Positions 32,190-41,985 of a stretch of DNA of 64,000 bases are shown here, piece by piece. Source of the DNA: a virus (Duplodnaviria > Heunggongvirae > Uroviricota > Caudoviricetes); IMG/VR virus record IMGVR_UViG_2778261179_000006, positions 488-64,487 of that record. One strand, written 5' to 3'. The position numbers and the translations under genes are program-made. The notes beneath the pieces were generated by a model. That model worked only from the letters and a program-made list of their open reading frames with translations, did not search any database and was not told where the DNA came from. Position 1 is the first letter of the stretch, and every line of letters begins with the position of its first letter.

Positions 32190-32579
32190 TTAAGGTTCAG
32201 ACCAGTTATCTTCAATAGCAATGCTTAATCTTTGTAGCCATTCTGCTAATTTCAGCATTGCTTCTCTTTCGCTTAAACCACGCGGGAAATCATCAAGCGC
32301 AATTGTTGGCTTGAAGTTCCCAAAATTATCCATTTCAACGGTCAGATTTTGCTCCAGCACGGTATTCCTTACGCGGCTATTGTGCCGAAGCAAATATACT
32401 GAACGTGATTTATTGGTTTTGTGGTCGAGCTGATATTCGGTAAGTATCATCTGGCTTTTGCCATGACTATTACCTCTCCACATACCTACCTCACTTAATA
32501 AAACAACTCCATGCGTAGTTGATGATTTTTCCCCACGTAATATAAATCTGCACTCCGGCAGTAAAACCAAAGCCAACAA
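32190..32579 (-). CDS. Hypothetical protein (129 aa)
   Basis: ORF track. Confidence 0.5.
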   Translation of the reverse strand: MLALVLLPECRFILRGEKSSTTHGVVLLSEVGMWRGNSHGKSQMILTEYQLDHKTNKSRSVYLLRHNSRVRNTVLEQNLTVEMDNFGNFKPTIALDDFPRGLSEREAMLKLAEWLQRLSIAIEDNWSEP

Positions 32580-32661
32580 TTGCTGAAAAAATCAAAGCAT
32601 TTACTTTTGACATTATAAATTTTCTCTCGGCGTCGTAGGTGATAGCACCATAATTGATAAT

Positions 32662-32913
32662 TTAGTGAGTTAGCAGTTCCATTTTTTGGATGATTTCCGC
32701 ATGAGCATCATCGTTATCAACACTTAAATCGTTTAATGCCTTTCGCACTACATCAACTTCTTCTGGTTGGAAGAAGTCATCTCGGTAGTCACCAAATAGA
32801 ACCGAAACAAGCCTGCCACCAGCAACATCAAGATTGGCGCTAACAGGTGGCTCTTTGCCATCCTCAAATTCGACTACAAAAGTTATTTTTCCCATCGTTA
32901 CCACCAGCGACAA
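32662..32913 (-). CDS. Hypothetical protein (83 aa)
   Basis: ORF track. Confidence 0.45.
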   Translation of the reverse strand: MSLVVTMGKITFVVEFEDGKEPPVSANLDVAGGRLVSVLFGDYRDDFFQPEEVDVVRKALNDLSVDNDDAHAEIIQKMELLTH

Positions 32914-32977
32914 ATTGAATACAAACCCAGTGCTGCCGCCATCACAATTCCTACCGTTGCGAATGCTTCAGGCCAGC

Positions 32978-33556
32978 TCATTGACCTGCCTCCTGGGAAG
33001 GTTCTGGTAGCAGCATCCAGAACAAGGCGTTCCCTAACCAGGATAAAGTGCCGTCGCTCAACTCCACGTATTCCCCTTGCACCTGTCCTGCCATATACTC
33101 ACCGTGCTTTGAATAAATTAAAATCCAATCATCTTGAGCGGGCATTCGCTCACTACAGCTTATCCAACCATCCGGAGTTACCGGAGAGTTGCCATTCACA
33201 AGGTCAGCTCGAACATATAGCGTGTCATCATGGTGCTGATTGTGGCTGCACCACGTTAATTCGCTTAACTCGCCATTTTCTGGCCATACTCCAGCCGTTT
33301 GCAGCCAGATATGGGCTGGCGCATCCTGGCAAGGTGTATTAACTGGAAACTTGTAAGTTTGGCTTACAGGTTCTGCACTATCAGCTTCGCGCCGCTTCTG
33401 TAGCTCTGCTGCCATCGCTCTCACGACTTCAACTGGTGCCCTTGCAGCAAACTCTATGTTGGTGATCAGCTCATTAAGATATTGCTCGCCTGGATACTGT
33501 TTCTTATCGGTTATAGTGGTCATATCACTCTCCTTTTCCCTGAAGCATAGCGGCAC
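32978..33556 (-). CDS. Hypothetical protein (192 aa)
   Basis: ORF track. Confidence 0.5.
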   Translation of the reverse strand: MPLCFREKESDMTTITDKKQYPGEQYLNELITNIEFAARAPVEVVRAMAAELQKRREADSAEPVSQTYKFPVNTPCQDAPAHIWLQTAGVWPENGELSELTWCSHNQHHDDTLYVRADLVNGNSPVTPDGWISCSERMPAQDDWILIYSKHGEYMAGQVQGEYVELSDGTLSWLGNALFWMLLPEPSQEAGQ

Positions 33557-34121
33557 GGCAGGCGTTCCAGCCTCTCACCTCTGCAATAGCGGCAACAGCA
33601 TCGACCGCGTACATGCTAAGAGGATTAGGTATTGGTTTTTCTTCCGGTACTACTGGAACGAGGGGAGCGGCGTAGACCTCAATAATTCCATTATCAATAG
33701 GCCATTCTCCATCCTTGAGGTAGTCACTTGTGCCGTCAACTTGCTGTTCTGCAATGTGGAATGCACCTATTGGTTTTGCTTCCAGCGATGCCAGAGCAAT
33801 TCGTGCCAGTTCTTCCGCTTCTTCTGCTGGCAGTACAACGTTGCTACCAGGTCCGTATGTTTCGCGCCACTGCTTGATTGTCAGCAGTCGCTCTTTGGTT
33901 ATAGTGGTCATGGGTTTTCCATCCGCCATCTCTTCATCGGTTTCCCATAAAACTCGCGCCTGCCCCTCACAGACTTGAATGACTCCGCCACGACCGCAGG
34001 AGTTGCACTTAACGGCATCGTCATCCCACAAGGCGGTTTCATTTCCGCGAGCTGTTTTGACCGTGTGTGATTTATTCCCGCAGCGGCATTTGTTGAGCCA
34101 GTCAATAGTGAAAGTTTTCAT
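33525..34121 (-). CDS. Hypothetical protein with N-terminal Cys cluster (198 aa)
   Basis: CRCGNKSH ... CNSCGRGG zinc-ribbon-like motif. Confidence 0.5.
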   Translation of the reverse strand: MKTFTIDWLNKCRCGNKSHTVKTARGNETALWDDDAVKCNSCGRGGVIQVCEGQARVLWETDEEMADGKPMTTITKERLLTIKQWRETYGPGSNVVLPAEEAEELARIALASLEAKPIGAFHIAEQQVDGTSDYLKDGEWPIDNGIIEVYAAPLVPVVPEEKPIPNPLSMYAVDAVAAIAEVRGWNACRAAMLQGKGE

Positions 34122-34417
34122 GATGCCTCTCCTTTACCCGCTGCTTTCGCCTGCTCTTTAGCAAGTCGCTCCGCTTCTCTGAAATCCCAATCCACTCGAT
34201 GTGCTATATCAATTGCAGAGCGCACGGTTCGCTCAATTAGCGTATCCAGATTGTCAATTGTCATTGCCATATCTGGATTGCGAGATAAAATCTCCGCCCT
34301 CTGAATCTGCCAGTTGTTGCAGGTTTCAAGTAATGAGTTAGCCATATCACTCTCCTTTAGTGCGCAAGTGGTTTTTCCAGCGGTTTTGCGCCGCGCTGGG
34401 CTTTTTGCAAAAACCAC
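34118..34417 (-). CDS. Hypothetical protein (99 aa)
   Basis: ORF track; overlaps upstream small ORF. Confidence 0.45.
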   Translation of the reverse strand: MVFAKSPARRKTAGKTTCALKESDMANSLLETCNNWQIQRAEILSRNPDMAMTIDNLDTLIERTVRSAIDIAHRVDWDFREAERLAKEQAKAAGKGEAS

Positions 34418-34535
34418 AATCCATCATCCCGTAATATTTCATCAACCCCATCCGTCGGTTGCTGAGTCTCACCAACTGCCAGACGCCAGGAGCGTTTCTA
34501 CGAACTAACAGAATCTTTGCTTTACGGTTTTTCAT
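34347..34535 (-). CDS. Small basic protein (62 aa), copy 1 of a tandem pair starting MKNRKAK
   Basis: ORF track; start overlaps the stop of the upstream paralog (ATGA). Confidence 0.35.
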   Translation of the reverse strand: MKNRKAKILLVRRNAPGVWQLVRLSNRRMGLMKYYGMMDCGFCKKPSAAQNRWKNHLRTKGE

Positions 34536-34708
34536 CTTACAGCGTACCCTTTCTTCCGCCTGTTCTGTGACGCAGTAGGCTTACGCTTTGCGGCAAAAGC
34601 CACCTGACCAAATGGATGGAGTACCGCTATCTTATGGTTGCTAATAACCAGCTCCACCACACGCACAGGTCGCTGTAAAAAAAGTCGTTTTGCCTTACGG
34701 TTTTTCAT
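34532..34708 (-). CDS. Small basic protein (58 aa), copy 2 of the tandem pair
   Basis: Manual translation MKNRKAKRLFLQRPVRVVELVISNHKIAVLHPFGQVAFAAKRKPTASQNRRKKGYAVR; repeated TTACGGTTTTTCAT start context. Confidence 0.3.
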   Translation of the reverse strand: MKNRKAKRLFLQRPVRVVELVISNHKIAVLHPFGQVAFAAKRKPTASQNRRKKGYAVR

Positions 34709-34880
34709 CGCTTTGCTCTCCTGCGTCTCTTTGCTGCTCGTCGTGCCGCTGCAATACCGGTATGGCGGCGCTTTGGTGCCGGGATGATGTTGTCAGCCAT
34801 CAGGACATGTGGCTTTGCAATTAGCGCAGAAGCCCAAAAACGAGTCGGGTACGGTAACAAGCCGATACATGCCACACGCA

Positions 34881-35528
34881 CTACTCACCTCCGTTGATGC
34901 GAATGCCAGCGGCACGGGAATCATTCCATCGCTTTACTTCTTCACGAATTACGTCAATGCATTCTTTCGAATCCATTAGGTAATCTTCATCAAAAAGCCT
35001 TTCCTGTTCGTTTTCTATCGCAACAATGATTGCTTCAACTAACTTTTGTGCCTGAGAACCACTTTCTAACTCTGCAATGCGCTTCTCTGCGGCTTCCAGC
35101 TTCTCGCGCATATCGTCAACGTACTCGACCAGAGATCCGCCAGCAGGAATTTCGCACTCCTCGACCAGTTGGAAGTAGATATCAGCTGCGGCCCGTGTGT
35201 TGCTATGCCTAGCGTCGCCCATCTCACCTTCACGAAGAGCATCGCGTTCGGCGGTAAGATTGGCTATTTTGCTGTCTTTGCCTTCCAGCTCAACGCGAAG
35301 CCTCCCTACCGTTAGCGCAATTTCCTCGTTCTCCTGGTCACGGCGTTTGATGTATTGCTGGTTTCTTTCCAGTTCATCCAACAATGCCAGCGCGATATCT
35401 GGCGAAAAGTGCTTCATAAAATCGTTAAGCGCATTAATTCGCTGATCGAAAGGCATTACAGGTGCTTCACCAGCAATTTTTGTTTTTTCAGCGATTTCAC
35501 GAAGCTTTTGATAATCAATCTTGCTCAT
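34881..35528 (-). CDS. Ead/Ea22-like coiled-coil protein (215 aa)
   Basis: N-terminus MSKIDYQKLREIAEK shared with two downstream paralogs. Confidence 0.55.
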   Translation of the reverse strand: MSKIDYQKLREIAEKTKIAGEAPVMPFDQRINALNDFMKHFSPDIALALLDELERNQQYIKRRDQENEEIALTVGRLRVELEGKDSKIANLTAERDALREGEMGDARHSNTRAAADIYFQLVEECEIPAGGSLVEYVDDMREKLEAAEKRIAELESGSQAQKLVEAIIVAIENEQERLFDEDYLMDSKECIDVIREEVKRWNDSRAAGIRINGGE

Positions 35529-36226
35529 TGGATGACTCCTTTACGAAGCTGTTCGGCGATATCTTCGAGAACGCCATCAGAGAATGAACGGTCAAAATCG
35601 CCTTCCGGCGCATTGGCCATAAACTCAGTAGAGGTAAGAATCATCCGGGCAATATCCGCAGCGTTCTTCGCAGTATCATCAATAAAACCAGCTTTCCAGG
35701 CTGCCAACATTCTGTTCGCCACAAAATAAGCGCCTTCCTTGCGTGCTTCAGTCTTCACTTCAGCTAGAAAAGCATCGGTAGCTGGAGTTTCGCTGTGGTG
35801 CAGGGCATCGTTGATAATCATTGCAGCAACTCCGGCCTGCCCTGCATCCGTGACCGACACATGCTCAAGAGTTACGGCCATTGCGTGTTTCAGCCCGGCG
35901 TTCTCTGCCACCAGCGCCGCGAGATTAGTCTCAAGCTCTGCAATTCGACACATAGCATCAATATTTGTGTCCTCCAGGCACTTAATTTCACCAAGCAGCT
36001 CCAGTGCAACCTTTGGGTTGAACGCGGCAACATGACGAGCGTTGTTCTCTGCATTTTTCTGTCCATCAAAGCCGGTCCATTTGATAACGTCTTCACATCG
36101 TTCATCACCGGGCGTGTGCACCGCATAAGTACCAGTCTCCGTCGAAATAAATGCGACCCATTCGTCTGGTGTTGCCTTTTCTGCCGCCTCACGCAGTACC
36201 TGATAGTCAATTGTCATTCTCGCCAT
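35525..36226 (-). CDS. Ead/Ea22-like protein paralog (233 aa)
   Basis: DYQVLREAAEKATPDEWVAF N-terminus, AALVAENAGLK centre and AEQLRKG C-terminus shared with the neighbouring paralog. Confidence 0.55.
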   Translation of the reverse strand: MARMTIDYQVLREAAEKATPDEWVAFISTETGTYAVHTPGDERCEDVIKWTGFDGQKNAENNARHVAAFNPKVALELLGEIKCLEDTNIDAMCRIAELETNLAALVAENAGLKHAMAVTLEHVSVTDAGQAGVAAMIINDALHHSETPATDAFLAEVKTEARKEGAYFVANRMLAAWKAGFIDDTAKNAADIARMILTSTEFMANAPEGDFDRSFSDGVLEDIAEQLRKGVIQ

Positions 36227-36858
36227 CCTTCACAGTTGTAATCACTACAGCCTTCAAAATCATATGGGCTGTACTGCCAGGTTATTTTTCCGCAATGCGG
36301 ACAATTCCAACGCACCTTCCCGCTTCGCGACTTCTTTCTTCTGTTCTGCTCTTCCAACCAGTCAGGCATGACCAAACCTGCGCCCTGAACCATTGTTCTG
36401 CGGTTAAAGTTATTGATATTGAACGTCCGACGCATTGCTGCATCAGCAATGGAAAATGGCAACCAAACTATTCCTGGTTCGTTTTTGTTGGCGACGCTAA
36501 AGATGGTCGCTTTACTGAAGTCATCTGTTGGCAATCCACCGTGTTGAAGCCAGTAAACATCGTTGCCGTTCCAGCTACCTTTTTTGTAGGCCACATACGC
36601 AGTGCAATCTGACTCAATCAGGCTTTCTGTAGGGATGTACTGGCAATCAACGTGCCACACAGCCATTGCATCCACACTATCGGCACAAACAGGCTGATCG
36701 ATATCTCGACCACAATTCCAGGCTTTTTGGGCTTCTTCCAGCGTGTAAACATGAGCGCGATCGATATTAGAACTGTAACCATTGCCGTTATGGCAATGGA
36801 ATGAAGCGTTATTACCCACAGTTTCACGCAAGCACATCATGTAAAAGCGGTTATTCAC
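36214..36858 (-). CDS. Hypothetical Cys-rich protein (214 aa)
   Basis: ORF track; CPHCGK motif. Confidence 0.5.
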   Translation of the reverse strand: MNNRFYMMCLRETVGNNASFHCHNGNGYSSNIDRAHVYTLEEAQKAWNCGRDIDQPVCADSVDAMAVWHVDCQYIPTESLIESDCTAYVAYKKGSWNGNDVYWLQHGGLPTDDFSKATIFSVANKNEPGIVWLPFSIADAAMRRTFNINNFNRRTMVQGAGLVMPDWLEEQNRRKKSRSGKVRWNCPHCGKITWQYSPYDFEGCSDYNCEGWRE

Positions 36859-37687
36859 TGGCTGCCTCCTTTGCGAAGCTGGGCAGCAAAGTCAACTAAC
36901 CACTCAGTCATTTCAACCTTCCCTACCAGGTCTGAACCAGGGTGCATACAGCAATCACTCTGCGCCGCTTTGAAATCCTTACACTCATATTCTTGGGCCA
37001 CCAGATTTTTTGCAGCTTCTATAGCAGCATCCACCCCCTGCGCCCGGACTTCAGCCATGAAAGCGTCGGTGGCTGGGGTTTCGATATTAGGCAGAAGCGC
37101 ATAATCGCAAATCGTATCGATCGCAGGATCACAACAGTCATCCTCGTTGCGTGGTCGTTCGCCAACCTTCGTTGACGATTGCATGATGATTCCCCAGCAA
37201 ATACTATCGACCTCTTCGCTCCATCCATCGCAAGCATCACCGCGATAGTCGTCGATTGCAGCCTCAGCCGATTCGATAGCTTCCTCAGCAGTTTTGTGCC
37301 ATTCGAAATTATGCTCAGAGCCATATGAGAAATATGAATGTCCCGCCTTCAGCCCCGCATTCTCAGCAGCCAGCGCCGCGCACTTGGCCTCAAGAGCGGC
37401 AACCACTTCCTGATGGTCTTTGTACTTAACGTATGAGCCGGAGATGTCATCACCTTCGGTGTTTAGCCATGCGTCATTGCAATTCACTGCGTAGGTTCTG
37501 ATGCTCATGCTGATGCTCTCCCGCCCCTGACAGACGCCAGGCCAGTCAATAAAGTATCCGCAATGCCTACCCTCAGACGTGCGCGCAGGATAAATGCCGT
37601 TATGACCGGCAAAATATATGCTACCCATTCATCTTGCGTTGCCTGTTCCGCCGCCTCGCGCAGTTCTTGATAGTTAATTTTGCTCAC
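36855..37687 (-). pseudogene. Ead/Ea22-like paralog interrupted by a -1 frameshift in a T-tract near 37610-37625 (or a homopolymer sequencing error)
   Basis: The N-terminal part (GTG start at 37687, MSKINYQELREAAEQATQDEWVAY) is in one frame and the body (36855..37628) in another; both halves align to the intact paralog at 35525..36226. Confidence 0.5.
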
Positions 37688-38261
37688 TGGTTGCCCCCTG
37701 AATACGCTTAAACTCGATTACCCACACCCAAGGATTAGCGTTCCAACTATCTTCGCCATAAATTGATTTCCATAGGCTACGGAAACTTGGGTAATGCTTA
37801 TCGCCAATGAGGGTCGATTCTGTTGGTGCGCCCTCAGCCCTTGCATCGCATTCGCTGATATCGTTCAACCGCTCAACGCGCACGTTGGTAATTTCCAGAA
37901 GAATGCGCGATGCCCAGCGCGGCATGTGAATTGATGGCGTCCACTTTTCTGATACTGGTTTATTACAGACCTCGACCGGAACCCGGTGCGTTTGTTCTGT
38001 CCAGGAGTTACGCACGCTTGCGCGATAAACCAGCGTTGCGACGTCCGTCGCTTTGCCATGTACCCGGTAGGTTTCGCGAACCCAAATACGATCGCCCGGT
38101 TGACCATATGGACAATGCTTGGCAAGCAACTCTGCGGCCACTGCCCGTCCATAGAATTTTTCTTCAACAATCCTGCGAGTCTGTGTTTTATTCCCGCCAA
38201 GAATTGCCCGGACCATCTCATCGTTAAAAATCATGCCGCGCTCTTTCACTTCGCCTTTCAT
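37674..38261 (-). CDS. ASCH-domain-like protein (195 aa)
   Basis: N-terminal MIFNDEMVRAILGGNKTQTRR pattern typical of ASCH/PUA-like phage proteins. Confidence 0.55.
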   Translation of the reverse strand: MKGEVKERGMIFNDEMVRAILGGNKTQTRRIVEEKFYGRAVAAELLAKHCPYGQPGDRIWVRETYRVHGKATDVATLVYRASVRNSWTEQTHRVPVEVCNKPVSEKWTPSIHMPRWASRILLEITNVRVERLNDISECDARAEGAPTESTLIGDKHYPSFRSLWKSIYGEDSWNANPWVWVIEFKRIQGATSEQN

Positions 38262-38270
38262 GCATCCCCC

Positions 38271-38357
38271 TTACCCATGTGCGACGATGCCGCCAAAAGT
38301 GATAGAGAACAGCCAGAAATAGATCGCGGCCATAATGATTTTGAATGCCGTGTTCAT
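38271..38357 (-). CDS. Small hydrophobic peptide (28 aa) with strong Shine-Dalgarno
   Basis: Manual translation MNTAFKIIMAAIYFWLFSITFGGIVAHG; AGGAG 7 nt upstream; ends 10 bp before the next gene start. Confidence 0.3.
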   Translation of the reverse strand: MNTAFKIIMAAIYFWLFSITFGGIVAHG

Positions 38358-38435
38358 ATTTTCAGCTCCTGTGATTGGATACATGCCGCGCCTTGCGGCA
38401 TGTTTTTATTTTCACTTTCTCTGTTTTAAAAATCA

Positions 38436-38452
38436 ATATTTATTAGAGCAAT
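38436..38452 (-). promoter_or_regulatory. C1 operator (16/17)
   Basis: Reverse complement ATTGCTCTAATAAATAT. Confidence 0.65.
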
Positions 38453-38958
38453 TATTGTTGATGGAGAAGCGCGTTTTCATACTCCCTGACCATTAACGTA
38501 AGCACGCCGTGCCTCCTGAATACACGCGCCACTTCAATCTTATCTTCCAGCGCGAACGCAATTTTACTTAGACCAATTTTCTTAAGGAGATCAATCTTTG
38601 CTGGACCGTCATTTCTGTCATCGGTGGCAGGACGCATAGATAGCAAAGGCTCAGCCCCATTTGTTACGTGCTTACGCAACCAGGCTCGTGTTTTATCCCT
38701 GGCTATCTCACAGCGCCCGGTTACAAACCAGAGGGTGTAAATGCCGGACAACTGGCGCACCATATCAATAACTGGAGTGATGGGAGCATCAGTGTCACAG
38801 GCAAGGTTAAACTCGTTCCAGTGCTCTGTTAATGCACCTTTGCCAGGTGGTGGAAGTAAATGCAGCCTGTCTTCCGTTGCCTCTGATATCGTCCCATCAA
38901 TATCTACTATGACGATGTACGGACGTTCCTGGTGTGCGTGTTTATTGAAAATACTCAA
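38452..38958 (-). CDS. HAD-superfamily phosphatase-like protein (168 aa)
   Basis: DIDGT motif (VIVDIDGTIS) near N-terminus. Confidence 0.6.
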   Translation of the reverse strand: MSIFNKHAHQERPYIVIVDIDGTISEATEDRLHLLPPPGKGALTEHWNEFNLACDTDAPITPVIDMVRQLSGIYTLWFVTGRCEIARDKTRAWLRKHVTNGAEPLLSMRPATDDRNDGPAKIDLLKKIGLSKIAFALEDKIEVARVFRRHGVLTLMVREYENALLHQQ

Positions 38959-39030
38959 ATGCCCTCCTCATTGGACGAAAAAAATGCTGGTGGGAGCACT
39001 CCACCAGCATTAAAAGTGACACTGTAACTA

Positions 39031-40293
39031 TCAGCGAACGTAAATAGTGCCGCCGTTCTCTTTTTCCCATGCATCGCTACGTGCATAGCAAACATCGAGA
39101 AGTCTTCTTGCCGCAGTTTCCTCTAAACCCAATTCGACAACCAACTGCTCATGACGGCGGGTAACCACATCAAACAGGGTATGCAGCCCTTTAGTTGCCA
39201 GATCATCAATGAATTCCGGTTCGAACGGCAGCTCTGCATCTGCCAACATAACCTCTTGCGCCCACTCGACACGGCGGACCAGTTCCGGGCGGCGGCTTTC
39301 CATCTCTTTACAGATCAATTCATGGAAGAACTCTACCCAACCTTCCGGCTGGAACTCGCGGAAAATTGCCAACGGCTGGAAGTTTGGCATCAACCATTCG
39401 TTGATTCGGATATCAATGGCATAGCCCATGTCGCAGCAGAACTGATAAGCAAAGTCCAGCTTAGAAACGATATAAGGACGCTCGTTATTGAACTCTTTAG
39501 GCGATGAGATCCCATAAGCCAGGAGACGCGGGAAGAAGGAGATTTGCCCTAACGTCGGATGAAGTTTGCTTGCAGGGAAACGGTGCTCAGTAATGCCATA
39601 CATTTCCTTCTTGAGCGTCGCAAATTTGGCATTCTCATTAACCAGCGCGGTAACCTCTGCTTTTTTATTAGCAAATGCCACGCGCGCTTCGCTTGCATCT
39701 TTAATAGTTTTTTTGAGCTGTTGGTTAAGGTCGGCGACCTGCTTACGCAGTTCCTGTCGCTCGCTTTTAGCTTTGTTATAGCGTTTCTCAAGGTTAAAAG
39801 GATCAAGTTTCATGATCTCTTTATATTGAGATTTTAGCGTTGAAATCTGTGAGTTCCGCAGTTCAACCATCGCGGTCATTTCATTGAGTTTTGTTTCCAG
39901 CTCAATGCTTATACGTTCGGCATTATCAGCACGCTGGTTGGCGTCATGCGTCGCATCGTCGATCGCGTCCTGTTGCTGGCGTTTCAAATGTTCAATTTCC
40001 AGCTGAAGCTCTTCAATTTCTTTACCCTTCAGACCGAGATCCAACTGCATATTTTCAGCTGCATCTACCAGGGAGTTATGGCTATCAGCTTCTGCGTTAT
40101 AAACATCAATAAGCTGTGCGTGAAGCATCTCCGCTGACTGAACCGCATTATCAAAAAAACGCGCTGTGAGGTCATCACAACTAACGCGGCGTTGCGCGGC
40201 CCGGATGTTCTGGATAATGGCCGGGATACCGGCATTCAGGACGTCAGGGATAGATACATTTTCGATTGATTGGTTTTGTGCTGAAGTGCTCAT
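39031..40293 (-). CDS. Hypothetical protein with N-terminal coiled-coil (420 aa)
   Basis: ORF track; heptad-rich N-terminal half. Confidence 0.6.
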   Translation of the reverse strand: MSTSAQNQSIENVSIPDVLNAGIPAIIQNIRAAQRRVSCDDLTARFFDNAVQSAEMLHAQLIDVYNAEADSHNSLVDAAENMQLDLGLKGKEIEELQLEIEHLKRQQQDAIDDATHDANQRADNAERISIELETKLNEMTAMVELRNSQISTLKSQYKEIMKLDPFNLEKRYNKAKSERQELRKQVADLNQQLKKTIKDASEARVAFANKKAEVTALVNENAKFATLKKEMYGITEHRFPASKLHPTLGQISFFPRLLAYGISSPKEFNNERPYIVSKLDFAYQFCCDMGYAIDIRINEWLMPNFQPLAIFREFQPEGWVEFFHELICKEMESRRPELVRRVEWAQEVMLADAELPFEPEFIDDLATKGLHTLFDVVTRRHEQLVVELGLEETAARRLLDVCYARSDAWEKENGGTIYVR

Positions 40294-40294
40294 T

Positions 40295-40513
40295 TCAAAG
40301 TTCCGTATTAGCTTGTGCTTCGGTCATTTTTCCTAAGTATGAAGGAGGAAGGACTACGCAATTTGTATCCAGTCCCTCACCTATGGCAGCCTGTAAAATT
40401 CTGGCTAAGGTGAGTCTCTTGTTGCGATACCTGGTGATGACATGCCTGATACCGCCGGTCGGCGTAACAAAGGCGATCAGCCAGTAGTGATATTTCCGTC
40501 GGAATGGCCACAT
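40295..40513 (-). CDS. Hypothetical small protein (72 aa)
   Basis: ORF track; 1-bp gap to downstream gene. Confidence 0.45.
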   Translation of the reverse strand: MWPFRRKYHYWLIAFVTPTGGIRHVITRYRNKRLTLARILQAAIGEGLDTNCVVLPPSYLGKMTEAQANTEL

Positions 40514-40526
40514 AGTGCACCTTGTA

Positions 40527-40592
40527 GATTGCTCTAATAAAAAACGTGATGAGTGTACATCACGTTTTAAAAATATGGAATTATTAGAGCAA
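40527..40592. promoter_or_regulatory. Pair of inverted C1 operators flanking a 7-bp-stem hairpin
   Basis: ATTGCTCTAATAAAAAA (40527-40543), hairpin CGTGATG...CATCACG (40544-40563), reverse operator ATTGCTCTAATAATTCC (40576-40592). Confidence 0.6.
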
Positions 40593-40594
40593 TA

Positions 40595-41296
40595 TTATTC
40601 TGATTCTCGCTCAAAAAATGAGCTGATAAGGGGAAGCCAATCCTCTGACACTTCGCGAGGTCGCGGTTTGCCGTGGAAAAAGATTATTCGGCAGTCTTTT
40701 GGTAATGCCCCATTCCCCCTGGAGTAACGCGCGCTCGCATATTTTGAACCAGGTTCCACAACATCGGCCTTGTAACTTACAAACCATCCTGGATACAGAT
40801 CCTGAAATGCTGGTGTATCATCGCCCATAACCTTTCGTAAGAACCCCTGGTCACCCCAGCACTCAGTAGTGACACAACGAGAAATCCAACCTTCCGGATC
40901 TTGCCAGAATGAACTCCAGATATGCGCTTTAACACTATTTGGTATCCACAGGGCACCGCTGCCACGATATTGTGGATGGTAAAAATCCCTAAGCATGGTG
41001 AAGCTGGTTGGTGGATGCTCTAGGATTGGGCGTATATCACCGGCAATAACCGTGTCCAAATCCAGATAGAACAGATCATCGGTTATATCCGGTCGGAACA
41101 ACTCGATTTTCGCCCACCAGCCACGGCACTTTTGCCACTGGTTGATCAATGGGACAACTTTGACGCCAGGTACATGTAAACGCTTCAGGTCTGTCAGGCA
41201 AATAATTTCATAGCCTTTTGGCAGTTGATTAACCAGCCACTGCACATCGGAAGCGTTATAGTCACCACCAGAGCGAAAAACTAAAGCAATCTTCAT
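40595..41296 (-). CDS. Glycosyltransferase-like protein (233 aa)
   Basis: ORF track; nucleotide-sugar transferase-like features (tentative). Confidence 0.45.
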   Translation of the reverse strand: MKIALVFRSGGDYNASDVQWLVNQLPKGYEIICLTDLKRLHVPGVKVVPLINQWQKCRGWWAKIELFRPDITDDLFYLDLDTVIAGDIRPILEHPPTSFTMLRDFYHPQYRGSGALWIPNSVKAHIWSSFWQDPEGWISRCVTTECWGDQGFLRKVMGDDTPAFQDLYPGWFVSYKADVVEPGSKYASARYSRGNGALPKDCRIIFFHGKPRPREVSEDWLPLISSFFERESE

Positions 41297-41985
41297 GCTG
41301 CACCATCACCTTTCACTTTCATCAATGTCAGGTTTCCGCAAAATACGGCACCAGTGTCGATATACTGCTGATTCCAGAATGTCTTCGGGCTTTTCACCGG
41401 AGTGTGGCCAAAGATAAAACGATCTGCGCCCGAAATTTCGCCACCAATATCATCCATCGAATCACTGATACGCTCGCGCGCCCAGACAACGTTGAAAAGC
41501 GGTACCTCCTTACCGAATTGGTATTCATTATCCGGATAGTCGGCATGGGCTATAACGATAGTTTCTTGCCCGGTGTTCAACTCAATGATATAGGGCAGAC
41601 GCTTTACCAGCTCCACCAGCGCCCAGGCTAATATTTCCTGATCAGTGTCCAGCATGAAGAACCATTGTCCGCCATTCATTAGCCAGTTATTCACGTTGCC
41701 ATCTGGACTTAACGCATCAATCATCAGCCGCTCATGGTTCCCCATCACTGCCCTGAACCAGGGCATCTGCAATAGTTCCAGACATTCGACATTTTCAGTA
41801 CCGCGATCGATAAGGTCGCCGACCGATATCAGTAAATCCTGCGCCGGGTCAAAATCCACACGATGGAGTTCGGACATCAGTCTGGTGTAGCAACCATGCA
41901 GATCACCAACAACCCAGACATTCCTGTATTTGGTACCGTCGATACGGTGATAAATTGTGGGTGCCATCATGTATTCTTCAGCCAT
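41293..41985 (-). CDS. ppp: Ser/Thr protein phosphatase, lambda-PPase family (Ppp)
   Basis: GDLHG, GDLIDRG and GNHE metallophosphatase motifs. Confidence 0.88.
   Translation of the reverse strand: MAEEYMMAPTIYHRIDGTKYRNVWVVGDLHGCYTRLMSELHRVDFDPAQDLLISVGDLIDRGTENVECLELLQMPWFRAVMGNHERLMIDALSPDGNVNNWLMNGGQWFFMLDTDQEILAWALVELVKRLPYIIELNTGQETIVIAHADYPDNEYQFGKEVPLFNVVWARERISDSMDDIGGEISGADRFIFGHTPVKSPKTFWNQQYIDTGAVFCGNLTLMKVKGDGAA

Noticed and set aside
37505-37687. 60-aa ORF as an independent gene
   Set aside because: It is the N-terminal portion of the frameshifted Ead/Ea22-like paralog, not a separate gene.
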